From IMG/VR virus record IMGVR_UViG_3300034101_006325, positions 136,304-200,303 of that record: DNA of 64,000 nucleotides; one strand, given 5' to 3'. Shown in pieces: positions 10,928 through 20,519 of this stretch (position 1 is its first letter; every line of letters starts with the position of its first letter). This DNA comes from a virus. Lineage: Duplodnaviria; Caudoviricetes. A program made the translations under genes and the position numbers. The notes under the pieces were generated by a model, which saw only the letters and a program-made list of their open reading frames with translations, had not been told where the DNA came from and searched no databases.

Positions 10928-11194
10928 ATGAAAAACAAGAAGCTAAAGATCATTCAAACAAACGAGACATGCTATAATCTTCATGAAAGACACAATGTGT
11001 CTTGTCACAAAAAGACTTGTAGTAGCTGGATTAACTATTCAGAATCTAAGAACTGTGCAATAATTGCTTCAAAGTCAGGTCCAAAGACCCTGCAAGAAAT
11101 TGGCAAGATCTATGGCCTGACTCGAATGAGAATCTGTCAAATAGAAAAAAATATCTACGAAAAAATAAAAAATATAATTCAAAATAATTTATGA
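10928..11194 (+). CDS. Stand-alone sigma-70 region 4 (HTH) protein with Cys-rich N-terminus
   Basis: TLQEIGKIYGLTRMRICQIEK matches the RpoD 4.2 consensus TLEEIG..FGVTRERIRQIE; 4 Cys upstream. ATG 10928 preferred over TTG 10910. Confidence 0.8.
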   Translation: MKNKKLKIIQTNETCYNLHERHNVSCHKKTCSSWINYSESKNCAIIASKSGPKTLQEIGKIYGLTRMRICQIEKNIYEKIKNIIQNNL

Positions 11195-11464
11195 TTATTT
11201 TTTTGTCTTTTTCGTTGATGTCTTGGGTGTTTTTTTGTCATCCAGAGTAGGTGTGCTTTCATTTACCAAATTTTTTTCTTGATTTTCAGATGATTTTGCT
11301 TGAAAAGCAAAATTTAATTTTTCTTGAAAATTTTCATCTTTAACTTCAGATTTATTTGGATCATTTAAAGACAACTTACCTTTTTCGTTAAGAACATAGT
11401 CTTTTGTTGGGTCTAAATCATTGGTAGCAATTTCTATCAATCTTGCTTTATTATGATGTCTCAT
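11195..11464 (-). CDS. Hypothetical protein, Lys-rich C-terminus
   Basis: ATG 11464 (MRHHNK) follows GAGAG and avoids overlap with the upstream gene; ends KKTPKTSTKKTKK. Confidence 0.5.
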   Translation of the reverse strand: MRHHNKARLIEIATNDLDPTKDYVLNEKGKLSLNDPNKSEVKDENFQEKLNFAFQAKSSENQEKNLVNESTPTLDDKKTPKTSTKKTKK

Positions 11465-11474
11465 AAAGATGCTC

Positions 11475-11678
11475 TCACTTATTTTCTTGCTTAGATGATT
11501 TTTCAAGTTCAATTGTAAGCTTGACGAGCTCTTTTGATTTTGTCTGAAGAGCTCTCAAACCTTTTCTAGCTCTAACTCCAGCTGCTGAAACGCCTCTTGC
11601 ATTTTTTGCAATATCAACTTCTAAAGCTTCAACTAAAGATTTAAGCTCATTCCACTTTAATAACACGTCATTTTCCAT
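11475..11678 (-). CDS. Histone H1-like nucleoid protein (Hc1 family)
   Basis: ELKSLVEALEVDIAKNARGVSAAGVRARKGLRALQ matches the Hc1 core (D..K...GN.AAG.RARK...L); SD GGAG. Confidence 0.75.
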   Translation of the reverse strand: MENDVLLKWNELKSLVEALEVDIAKNARGVSAAGVRARKGLRALQTKSKELVKLTIELEKSSKQENK

Positions 11679-11706
11679 TTAAGTAACTCCTATAATTGTA
11701 CATAGA

Positions 11707-13350
11707 TTATAAAACATCAAATTCTTTTGGAAACATTCTACTATTATTTTTATAGAATCTTTCCCAATCTGTGTCTAGTATATATGACACAGCATGGTCA
11801 GATTCATTCCTAATGGATCTACCAAGAGATTGTATGACAGACTTAGCAGTCATATATGGATACCAAAACTTATTTTTTTCCATTCTTTTCTTGACAACTA
11901 AATCTCCTAAATAAGGAAAAGGTATCTTGCAGATAATCTGAAATCTACTAAAATCATCGTATAAGTCTACGCCTTCCATCATTGAAGGGCTCAATAGAAC
12001 AGTAGGCTCAATACTTTGTAAGTGTTTTTTCAAAACTTCTTCTCTATTGAGAGAATCATGAATCATTAACCTTTCATTTAGAACATTCTCTTGAATGTAT
12101 TTAGCAACTTTATAATTGGTACAATGAATTATGCCTTTTTCTTTTGAATGTTTTTCTAATAGCATTCTGATAACTTCTGCAATCTTAGGAAGAGAAGCAT
12201 CAATGTTATTTTTAGACATTGATCCTACAGGCAAAAAGTGTATAGGCCTATTTTTAGCAGGAAAAGGCGACGGTATTGAAAGGTAAGCAACATCATCACT
12301 TTTTAGACCGATTGATTGACAAAAAATATCTTTATCAACAATTGTTGCTGACATTAAGAGAACCCTACCCCCTAATTTAAAAAAATAGTCATTTGAATAT
12401 TGAGATATATCAATAGGCTTAAATTCGTATTTTTTCCCTGCTTTTTTATTTTCAAAAGCAGGTATAACAATATTCATAACCCAATTGTCTGGTTTATATG
12501 ATTCTACAAATTGATCTAATTTACTCAGATGTTTTTCGAGCATTTCGTATTGCTTTGAGAAAACTCCGTATCCTTCTACATCTCCACTCAGTTTAACCAA
12601 TGATTTTTCAATATCATTGATGTATTTTTTTGCAGATTTTCTGTAAGAAGTTCTTATCCAATCAAAAATTGCTGATTGAGACTCGGACTTTGGCGGTCGA
12701 CATTTGAGTACATCTTTTGAAAATTTTTCTGAAAATGTTACTTCAATAAATTTTCCTAATTCTGACTCTACATTGTGTGCCTCATCAACAACTAACATGC
12801 CTCTAGGTTCAAGCTTGCCAGAATAAGTTGATTCAGCTAGCAAGTATGGAAAATTTGTTACTGCGAGTGGTGAATCAATAAATTCTTGTTTTTCTATTGA
12901 GTATTTGCACTGTTGTTTACAATGCTTTTGAAATTCTGTTCCATTGAGTTGTTTACCTAGTTTTGTTAGGATTCTTTTTGACTCTGCACATGATTGATCT
13001 GTATAAAAAGAACAAGTATAGTTGTTTGAAGATTTAATAGATTTAACTAGATTTTTATTAGTTTGTTCTCCAAAATCTCTCAAATATTGTTCTTGTAGAA
13101 TTTTTTGTGTAGTTACAATATAAGCACCAGTCAGTGGATCTCCTGCTTCATTTTTTACAGTATTGCCATGCATTTCCATATAACGTGCAATGGTAATACC
13201 AGTGGCAGACTTGCCTACTCCTGTACCAAGTTCAAGAATTACAGTTCTTTTTCCTTTCTCAAAAGCATCTATTGCAAATTCAATTGCTTTTTTTTGTTCA
13301 TTTCTTATTTTAGAAAAAGGAAAGTACTTTAAGTAATCATGAGTAGGCAT
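11707..13350 (-). CDS. DinG/XPD-family ATP-dependent DNA helicase
   Basis: Motifs GTGVGKS, VVDEAH, MSAT, EGVD, QSLGRSIR; four Cys between motifs Ia and II (candidate Fe-S ligands). Confidence 0.9.
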   Translation of the reverse strand: MPTHDYLKYFPFSKIRNEQKKAIEFAIDAFEKGKRTVILELGTGVGKSATGITIARYMEMHGNTVKNEAGDPLTGAYIVTTQKILQEQYLRDFGEQTNKNLVKSIKSSNNYTCSFYTDQSCAESKRILTKLGKQLNGTEFQKHCKQQCKYSIEKQEFIDSPLAVTNFPYLLAESTYSGKLEPRGMLVVDEAHNVESELGKFIEVTFSEKFSKDVLKCRPPKSESQSAIFDWIRTSYRKSAKKYINDIEKSLVKLSGDVEGYGVFSKQYEMLEKHLSKLDQFVESYKPDNWVMNIVIPAFENKKAGKKYEFKPIDISQYSNDYFFKLGGRVLLMSATIVDKDIFCQSIGLKSDDVAYLSIPSPFPAKNRPIHFLPVGSMSKNNIDASLPKIAEVIRMLLEKHSKEKGIIHCTNYKVAKYIQENVLNERLMIHDSLNREEVLKKHLQSIEPTVLLSPSMMEGVDLYDDFSRFQIICKIPFPYLGDLVVKKRMEKNKFWYPYMTAKSVIQSLGRSIRNESDHAVSYILDTDWERFYKNNSRMFPKEFDVL

Positions 13351-13358
13351 ACTAAACT

Positions 13359-13388
13359 GTTATACAACAGTCAACTGATATTTTGCAT
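13359..13388 (-). promoter_or_regulatory. Candidate phage promoter ATGCAA-N18-TATAAC
   Basis: Same spacing and similar -35 as motifs at 58826, 60992 and 61638; directly upstream of the helicase ATG. Confidence 0.5.
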
Positions 13389-13399
13389 TTAGCAAATTA

Positions 13400-13993
13400 T
13401 CAATTTTCACCAATGACTTTGTCAACAATTCCTAGCTTCACAGCTTGTTCCGGAGTCAAAAAACAGTCATGTCCTGCTTTCATCAGGTCGTCAATTTCTT
13501 CTTTTTTCATTGTTGTTTCTGAAAGAAGTGCTGATGTCATGAGTTCCTGAAGTCTTGTAAACTCTTTCATCTCATTCATTGCTTCAAAAACATTGCCAAT
13601 TACTCCACCTGAAATTGGATGTATCATGATCCTTGCAGACTTACCAATCATTCGCTTGCCTTTAACACCAGAAGCTAAAAGAAGAACTCCGGCTGACATG
13701 ACCTTGCCTAAGGCAATAGTGTGAACTGGGCATGGCAAGAATTTGATGGTATCATAGAGCGAAAACATCTCGTCGACTGATCCACCATACGTAGAAATTA
13801 CAAGATGAATTGGCTTGTGATTTTGATTAGCCAATTGAAGCATTTGAACTATTACATTGCAAATAGAAGCTTCATTGACTTCTCCGTGTAGAACGACCAA
13901 CCTGGCATCTGGACCTGATTGAGAAGACGTTGTATAAATAATTTCTTCTAAACTATTAGATTTACCACTTTTAATATTAGTAGGTCTTCCCAT
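13400..13993 (-). CDS. clpP: ATP-dependent Clp protease proteolytic subunit
   Basis: ISTYGGSV, GKVMSAG (Ser), RIMIHP (His), HDCFLTPEQA (Asp), A..LGIVDKV; catalytic triad appears intact. Confidence 0.92.
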   Translation of the reverse strand: MGRPTNIKSGKSNSLEEIIYTTSSQSGPDARLVVLHGEVNEASICNVIVQMLQLANQNHKPIHLVISTYGGSVDEMFSLYDTIKFLPCPVHTIALGKVMSAGVLLLASGVKGKRMIGKSARIMIHPISGGVIGNVFEAMNEMKEFTRLQELMTSALLSETTMKKEEIDDLMKAGHDCFLTPEQAVKLGIVDKVIGEN

Positions 13994-14226
13994 TACTTTG
14001 TTCCTTCATAGACGTGAGTCATATTGATATTAGGGTTCATTTCTTTTAAAATTGATGTTAATTCTTGCATCTTTTCGACATCTTCTAGTTCTAATGCAAG
14101 ATAATACATAATAAGCCATCTTTGTCGTTCAGTTATTCCAAAATTATTTATTTCTAAAATAATTTTCCTTGCTTGATTATTTTCTTCAGCAAGTTTATCT
14201 GACATAGTTTGTCCATATGAATTCAT
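13993..14226 (-). CDS. Hypothetical protein
   Basis: 77 aa, overlap-coupled to neighbours. Confidence 0.55.
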   Translation of the reverse strand: MNSYGQTMSDKLAEENNQARKIILEINNFGITERQRWLIMYYLALELEDVEKMQELTSILKEMNPNINMTHVYEGTK

Positions 14227-14696
14227 GAAATAACTCCTGAAGATCTTGTGAAATTCTCTACTTTACAAATTGATTCTCCTAGAATTCTAATATATTTTCC
14301 GTATATTTCATCATTTTCAGCGTCTGTAGATAGAACAACATAGTTACCCCATTGTTTATTTTCTACTATAAACTGAACTGATTCCCAAGTAGCTAAATCA
14401 GCATTATTGGCTTCAAGTATCGATGAAAAATTTGAATGAAGAGAAGGTTTAATATCTTCTAATTTAATTAAAGAATTCATATTTTCTTTGCCTGTCTGAA
14501 TCTCAGACTTGCATATGTCGACTATTTTATGAATAACTCCACAATTGTTGCATTGTGAATATTTTGTTTCAATAGTTTGATCTTCTTCATTCAAAACAGA
14601 AAAAACTATGAAATGATGCGGTGGTGGATTTTGCCTCTGTTTAAATTGAGGTAAAATACAACGACATTTTATTAAATGTTTTTGACCAATTTTCAT
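14223..14696 (-). CDS. Hypothetical protein, possible Zn-binding
   Basis: 157 aa; CRC, CNNC and a further Cys; coupled overlaps. Confidence 0.55.
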   Translation of the reverse strand: MKIGQKHLIKCRCILPQFKQRQNPPPHHFIVFSVLNEEDQTIETKYSQCNNCGVIHKIVDICKSEIQTGKENMNSLIKLEDIKPSLHSNFSSILEANNADLATWESVQFIVENKQWGNYVVLSTDAENDEIYGKYIRILGESICKVENFTRSSGVIS

Positions 14697-14905
14697 CTTT
14701 TGGTAATGTACTCTATATTTTTCTGGAAGTTACTAATTCCTCTATGGTAACTTTGTTCTATTGAATTGTCTATGACTTCTAAGAGTTTATTTAATTGCTC
14801 TGAATTTAATCCCAAGTTCATTTCAATGACATTATTTTTTGTAACATCCTTGGAATAATTGACAAGATTTAGTACTTCTTTTGAAATTTTATCTAAATGA
14901 TTCAT
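14693..14905 (-). CDS. Hypothetical protein
   Basis: 70 aa; ATGA overlap with the next gene. Confidence 0.55.
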   Translation of the reverse strand: MNHLDKISKEVLNLVNYSKDVTKNNVIEMNLGLNSEQLNKLLEVIDNSIEQSYHRGISNFQKNIEYITKR

Positions 14906-14945
14906 GTTGTAAAGATAAATTTAATTACTAAAAAATGTGTGTAAA

Positions 14946-16091
14946 CTAACAAATAATTCCTCCGATGTCTGAAAGTACATTGAGATATTTCTTTGAATAA
15001 AAATTACCAGAATGAACGCTGGCTAGAGGATAAATTTCATTTTCAAATTCGGCAATACCATAGTTTAAAGCTGATTTAAAGCTTCTAATTGCATTATCTA
15101 ATTGATAATATTCTTTTGATTTTTCTTTTGAGTTTGGTATTTTAATTGAAATTTGATTTTGACCTAGTCTTTGAATTCTTTTTCTTATAGTCTCTTCGAT
15201 TAAGTTATTTTCTGATTCTATAATTTTTTGCTGTAAATTTTTGATATGATTGTCAACAAAAATTGATCGATTATTTATCAATATTCCTTCTTTTGATAGA
15301 CTGATTTTTTCGATTCTTTTTAAGTTTTCTATTGATATGTTGCTTATTAAATTTCCTTTTTGGGTATTGATGACATCAGAATTGCAACAAACAGCTATGT
15401 CATTAAGCAGATTAATTCCTTCTAAATCAAATTTAACTGCTATTGGAATAATTTTTAGAGTTTTTCTATCAAAATTAACTTTTAAAGTATGAATAACTTC
15501 ATCAGAAAAACCTCTGGCAAAAATTACATAGTATTCTTCTGTCTTTGCAGTCAATTCAAGAAAATGATGAATTTCAGAAACTGATTCTACAAAACCGTCT
15601 ATCAAAGAAACTTTGACATCAAAAAATAAATTTTCTTTGATTAAAAATAACGAAGTTATTCCTTCGAAAAAGAAACCATTAGTAACTTCAATATAAGAAG
15701 TATTTGAATTAGAAGTATCTAAAGTTATCTTGGAATGTATTGAAGATAATTTAATTGATTCTAAAATCAAATTTTTAAGTTTGGCGTCGCCAATTTTAAC
15801 GATATGATCAATATCATTTTTTTTAAAAAGTCTAGATCTATAATTTTGTGTATTGATATTTTTTATATTTTCAAAAAAAAATTTTGAAGAATAAGGAGAA
15901 GTTCTTTCAGAACAGATCAAATGCTCTGATAAAATATCAAAAATAACTTTTTGTGGAATTGTTAGAGAATTTCTAAGACTTTTTAAGTTTTGTAAATTAA
16001 TTCTATCATCTTTAAAAGAAGATTCTATTACTAGATTTTCAATAATCTTCTTTTCTTTATTGATAAATTCTTGTTTGTATAGATTTTCCAC
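14946..16091 (-). CDS. Degenerate GroEL/Cpn60-like protein (apical domain recognisable, ATP-binding motifs absent)
   Basis: IFARGFSDEVIHTLKVN...LLNDIAVCCNSDVINTQKG...LKRIEKISL aligns with GroEL IIAEDVEGEALATLVVN...MLQDIATLTGGTVISEEIG...LGQAKRVVI; no GDGTTT motif; 381 aa; GTG start. Confidence 0.7.
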   Translation of the reverse strand: MENLYKQEFINKEKKIIENLVIESSFKDDRINLQNLKSLRNSLTIPQKVIFDILSEHLICSERTSPYSSKFFFENIKNINTQNYRSRLFKKNDIDHIVKIGDAKLKNLILESIKLSSIHSKITLDTSNSNTSYIEVTNGFFFEGITSLFLIKENLFFDVKVSLIDGFVESVSEIHHFLELTAKTEEYYVIFARGFSDEVIHTLKVNFDRKTLKIIPIAVKFDLEGINLLNDIAVCCNSDVINTQKGNLISNISIENLKRIEKISLSKEGILINNRSIFVDNHIKNLQQKIIESENNLIEETIRKRIQRLGQNQISIKIPNSKEKSKEYYQLDNAIRSFKSALNYGIAEFENEIYPLASVHSGNFYSKKYLNVLSDIGGIIC

Positions 16092-16126
16092 AAATCTATA
16101 TTTTAACTATTGATATAATATGTACA

Positions 16127-16690
16127 CTATTTTAATATAACAAAAGTGTAAATAACTTTAAACATTACTGTAATTATTCCACCTCCAACTGCTGCTAAAA
16201 ACCATTTAGCTAAACCTACAGTTGAAGTTTTAAACTTATCTAAGTTTTCTATAGAATTTTGTATATCATTAATCTTTAAATTAAATTTATCACCATTATT
16301 TTCATTTTGTTCAAATAATTTTTCTTTTTGTTCTTTCCACGATGACAGTTCAACAACTTGCTTTTCAACTTCTGAAATTGAAGCATTTTGATCAACTTTA
16401 TTTATAGTGATTCTGGCAAAAAGTCCATCGTCTGGGTCGTAGATTGCATCATGAATTTTATCAACTTTATTGGCAATAATATTTTGATTATTTTCAATAC
16501 TGTCAATTTTATACAACAATTTATCAAAGCCGCCATTTAAAGCTGCACTTCTTTCAAGTTTTTGTTGTATATTTTGAAGAAGACGTTGTGAGATGATAGG
16601 ATCTTCTTCACTGTCATCATGAATAAATTTTTGAGCCTGACGAACAGTTTTTTTGTTCATTTTCTTCTCTTTTAAATATAAGTTGAACAT
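16127..16690 (-). CDS. Coiled-coil protein with C-terminal transmembrane segment (XhlA/holin-like topology)
   Basis: Heptad-rich body; hydrophobic tail WFLAAVGGGIITVMFKVIYTFVILK. Confidence 0.45.
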   Translation of the reverse strand: MFNLYLKEKKMNKKTVRQAQKFIHDDSEEDPIISQRLLQNIQQKLERSAALNGGFDKLLYKIDSIENNQNIIANKVDKIHDAIYDPDDGLFARITINKVDQNASISEVEKQVVELSSWKEQKEKLFEQNENNGDKFNLKINDIQNSIENLDKFKTSTVGLAKWFLAAVGGGIITVMFKVIYTFVILK

Positions 16691-16775
16691 TAAAATTTCT
16701 TAGATATTTTATAAATTTTTATTAAATAAAATTTACTAAATATACTAAATTTAAATAATAAGAGTAAGAGATAGT

Positions 16776-18692
16776 ATGACTAATCTAAATTTTAAAGAAA
16801 ATATTTTTGGTGTTAAGAGTAAGCTGGATCCAGAGGCTCATGTAATTGTTGTCGCAGATTTATTTGTAGAAGATTATGTGGGAGGAGCGGAATTAACCAC
16901 TGAAGCCTTAATCAATACTTCTACATTAAAAATTCAAAAAGTTAGAAGCAGAGATGTCAACATAGAAATGCTTCGTGAAGGAGTTTCCAAGTTTTGGGTA
17001 TTTGGAAATTTTGCGGGTCTTAACCCTCAATTATTACCAACAATTATTGGTAATCTTAAATATACAGTTCTTGAATACGATTACAAGTATTGCAAATATC
17101 GATCCCCAGAAAAACATTTGTCAGTTACAAAATCTTCATGTGACTGTCATGAACAAATGAATGGCAAGTTGGTTTCAGCATTTTATTATGGTGCCACTTG
17201 CTTATGGTGGATGTCGGAAGCTCAAAAAGAAAAGTATCACAGCATTTTTCCTTTCCTGGCGGAAAAATCAAACATAGTTTTGTCCAGCGTTTTTTCTAGA
17301 GAAACACTCGGAAGAATTAAGTTTCTTAGAGAAAAGTTTAAAAATGAAGAAAAGAAAGGGTGGATTGTCCTAGGATCTGATTCATGGATCAAAGGCGCAG
17401 ATGCTGCAAAGAATTGGTGCGAAGAAAACAATAAAGATTATGAGGTTGTGTGGGGATTATCTTATGAAGAACTTTTGGCAAAATTGTCAGTATCAGAAGG
17501 ATTTGTTTATCTACCCCTTGGAAAAGATACATGCCCCCGCATGGTTATAGAAGCAAAGTTGTTAGGATGCAATCTTCATCTTAATGAAAATGTCCAGCAT
17601 AAAGACGAAGAGTGGTTTAATACTGACAATCTAGACGAGATAGAAGAATATCTTTATGCTGCGCCAGATTTATTTTGGAATGCAATAAGGACAATAATAA
17701 GTTATAAGCCAAAGATAAGTGGTTACACGACAGTTTATAATGCAGAATCGCAAGGTTATCCTTTTGTTGAGACTGTTAAGTCTATGTTAGGATTTTGTGA
17801 TGAAGTATGCGTTTTGGACGGAGGGTCAACAGACAACACGTACAGCATTCTTCAAGAATTAGCAAAAAATGACGACAGAATAAAATTGTCTGTACATAGA
17901 ATTAACTTTGAATCACCCGACTATGCTAGAGAATCAGACGGGATGCAAAAAGCAAGAGCAAGAGATCTTTGTACGGGAGAATTTTGTTGGCAAATGGATT
18001 GTGATGAAGTAGTACACGAAGAAGATTATGAAAAAATCATAGACCTTTGCAAAAAATTTCCAAATGGTATAGATCTAGTCTGTCTTCCTGTGGTTGAATA
18101 TTGGGGAGGACCTAACAAAGTAAGAGCTGATATTATGCCATGGAAGTGGCGTTTAAGTAGAAATAAGAAGAACATTACACATGGTGTCCCAAGAGATGCT
18201 TCTTTGTTAGGTGAAAATAATTTAATATCAAGCGATGGCTGTGACATTGTGGACAGAGAAACAAATGAAAGAATTCAAAGCATTAATTTTTACAATGCTC
18301 AGATTGACACGATACGAAGAATGGCTGTTTCAGGTAACGCCGAGGCATTGAGCAAATATGAGACTTGGTACAATGCAGTCTCAGAAAATATACCTACAGT
18401 ATATCATTACAGCTGGTATGACATGGAAAGAAAAATTAGACTTTATAAAAATTATTGGTCTAAATTTTGGATAAATCTCGTTGGTAAGCAATACGAAGAC
18501 ACCGCAGAAAACAATATGATGTTTGATGTTCCTTGGCATCAAGTAACAGACGAGATGATTAAGGAAAGAGCGAAGGAATTTTCTGACAAATTAGGCGGCT
18601 GGATTTGGCATAGAAAATGGGACGGAGCTACAATCACACATTCTGTGAATATAAAAAGATCTCAGCCAAAGATCATGTTGGAGAAAAAATGA
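16776..18692 (+). CDS. Bifunctional glycosyltransferase (N-terminal GT4-like/GT-B, C-terminal GT2/GT-A)
   Basis: DTCPRMVIEAKLLG (GT4 E-x7-E-like); ISGYTTVYN, VLDGGSTDNT, QMDCDE (GT2). Confidence 0.8.
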   Translation: MTNLNFKENIFGVKSKLDPEAHVIVVADLFVEDYVGGAELTTEALINTSTLKIQKVRSRDVNIEMLREGVSKFWVFGNFAGLNPQLLPTIIGNLKYTVLEYDYKYCKYRSPEKHLSVTKSSCDCHEQMNGKLVSAFYYGATCLWWMSEAQKEKYHSIFPFLAEKSNIVLSSVFSRETLGRIKFLREKFKNEEKKGWIVLGSDSWIKGADAAKNWCEENNKDYEVVWGLSYEELLAKLSVSEGFVYLPLGKDTCPRMVIEAKLLGCNLHLNENVQHKDEEWFNTDNLDEIEEYLYAAPDLFWNAIRTIISYKPKISGYTTVYNAESQGYPFVETVKSMLGFCDEVCVLDGGSTDNTYSILQELAKNDDRIKLSVHRINFESPDYARESDGMQKARARDLCTGEFCWQMDCDEVVHEEDYEKIIDLCKKFPNGIDLVCLPVVEYWGGPNKVRADIMPWKWRLSRNKKNITHGVPRDASLLGENNLISSDGCDIVDRETNERIQSINFYNAQIDTIRRMAVSGNAEALSKYETWYNAVSENIPTVYHYSWYDMERKIRLYKNYWSKFWINLVGKQYEDTAENNMMFDVPWHQVTDEMIKERAKEFSDKLGGWIWHRKWDGATITHSVNIKRSQPKIMLEKK

Positions 18693-19045
18693 AAAATATC
18701 CATGAGTCAATCAGTAATCTTTTGACTGTTAAATTAAATTCATACAAAGAAAAATCCCTTAATAAAGAAATTTGCATAAAAATATATCAGGATATATTTG
18801 ATTGTTTTGTCAATTTATTTCAAGAATCAAATATCAAAATTTCAAATGAATCAATGAATTTATTATCACAAATGTATTATGACGCTGTCAAGATTAATTC
18901 AACGCAGGATCTAGATCCAGGAATCTTTGATAAAAGAGCATCAATAAAAAATATTGAAACCAAAGAATTGGCTCTTTTAGCAACTATGTTAAATGGTACT
19001 GTTTTTTCTGAACCTATAATTTATGAGATAAAGAGGCGATCTTGA
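18689..19045 (+). CDS. Hypothetical protein
   Basis: Start refined to ATG 18689 (ATGA overlap with upstream stop). Confidence 0.6.
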   Translation: MKNIHESISNLLTVKLNSYKEKSLNKEICIKIYQDIFDCFVNLFQESNIKISNESMNLLSQMYYDAVKINSTQDLDPGIFDKRASIKNIETKELALLATMLNGTVFSEPIIYEIKRRS

Positions 19046-19890
19046 TAATTGTCACAAATGACTACGGATGTGGCACATCTTCATCTATAATAGACTACAA
19101 TTTACAAAATTATTGCATAGTATCAGAAGAAAATTGGGAACATGTTTTTGATTTAGATGATGATGTTCTTTTGGTAGGTCATGATTTTCTTTTCTACATG
19201 TGGGATACACAAGAAAAAGTAGAAAGATGGAAGAAATTTCAACATGCTAAAATTTTATGGTGTTTTGAAAGAGTAGATGCCATATTTGCCGAATGGCTGG
19301 CAAAAAGTCATTTTAGCATAAAAATGGCATCACAATTTGTTGATTCCATCTATGCTTGCGATGAAGATGATTGCAACAAATATGGATTTAAATGGTTGCC
19401 TCAGTGGGCATCAAATAAATTTTATGAAAAAAGAGGCATTAATCCTACAAAAGGAAACACCATACTCTTTAGCGGCCAAGCAGGAAAAATTGAATACAAA
19501 CCAAGAACTGCTCTTCTGCAACAAATTTTTCATGACAAAGATATTAAAGATTTGTTTTATATTAGCAACATAACAAGAGAACTGACATGGGATCAATACA
19601 TTGACAACTTTCTTAGTTATAAAATAATACTAAACCCCGTGGGAACTCTTAAGGCATTAAACACAAGAGCTTATGAAGCTCTTTATTCAGGAAGAATTCT
19701 TCTTCAACACACGGCAGGCGAATATAAAAGACACGAAGAAATGTTGTCAGAAACTCCTCATGTATTATTTTTTAAAAATTACGACGAATTAAAACAAAAA
19801 ATAAAACAAATAGATTTGTGTAAAATAAATGCCGATTTAGCATTTAAAGACAATAATCTTGTTGAACGTCTTCAAAGAATAAAAATTTAA
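19042..19890 (+). CDS. Glycosyltransferase, CgeB/YkvP-like (GT-B)
   Basis: LFSG...YKPR...YKIILNP...NTRAYEALYSG matches the N.R.FE..A.G motif; TTG start overlapping upstream stop. Confidence 0.7.
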   Translation: MIIVTNDYGCGTSSSIIDYNLQNYCIVSEENWEHVFDLDDDVLLVGHDFLFYMWDTQEKVERWKKFQHAKILWCFERVDAIFAEWLAKSHFSIKMASQFVDSIYACDEDDCNKYGFKWLPQWASNKFYEKRGINPTKGNTILFSGQAGKIEYKPRTALLQQIFHDKDIKDLFYISNITRELTWDQYIDNFLSYKIILNPVGTLKALNTRAYEALYSGRILLQHTAGEYKRHEEMLSETPHVLFFKNYDELKQKIKQIDLCKINADLAFKDNNLVERLQRIKI

Positions 19891-19904
19891 TTATATAAAA
19901 ATTC

Positions 19905-20519
19905 ATGACAAATCAATGGCAAAATTATTTAAACAGTAATTGCAAAATTATTGCAACAATATCGACAAAAAATAATGCAAATTCAATTTATGAATGCATA
20001 AAAAAAACACTGCCGCATTTTGAGGCAGTGTTTGTTATAGACAATGGATCTTCTGACGATACTCAAAAAGAAATTTACAAATTTATAAGAAGAGAAAGAA
20101 GTAAAAATTTATTTATTTTTGATTATTCTCATAATAAACATTGGCAAACACTACCAGAAAGTGAAATACTTGACTTGTCAAGAATGAAAGCAAATGAGTT
20201 TATTGCTACATCTATGATTAATGTACCTCACTTGTGGGCATCTTTAAGACCTAACATTATGCTTGGCCCAAATACAAGAGAATTAATTTTAGAAAATTGT
20301 TTTAATTGGACAAAGCCCGAATTAAATCATAATTTTTATAGAACATCAAATGGCAATTGGTCAGTGTCAATTACTTTTAAACAAGGAAAGCTGATGGTGG
20401 GACCAGATTCTGCCAATCCGGCTGAACCTTGCTTTTATTTAAAAAATGAAGAAAATATATTGAAAACAAAATTTGATGAAAGTCAACATTCGTCTATTAT
20501 AATTGGAGAAGAAGTATGA
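19905..20519 (+). CDS. GT2-like protein (short, possibly degenerate)
   Basis: N-terminal GT2 pattern ISTKN..IYECI...FVIDNGSSDDT; no clear DxD. Confidence 0.55.
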   Translation: MTNQWQNYLNSNCKIIATISTKNNANSIYECIKKTLPHFEAVFVIDNGSSDDTQKEIYKFIRRERSKNLFIFDYSHNKHWQTLPESEILDLSRMKANEFIATSMINVPHLWASLRPNIMLGPNTRELILENCFNWTKPELNHNFYRTSNGNWSVSITFKQGKLMVGPDSANPAEPCFYLKNEENILKTKFDESQHSSIIIGEEV

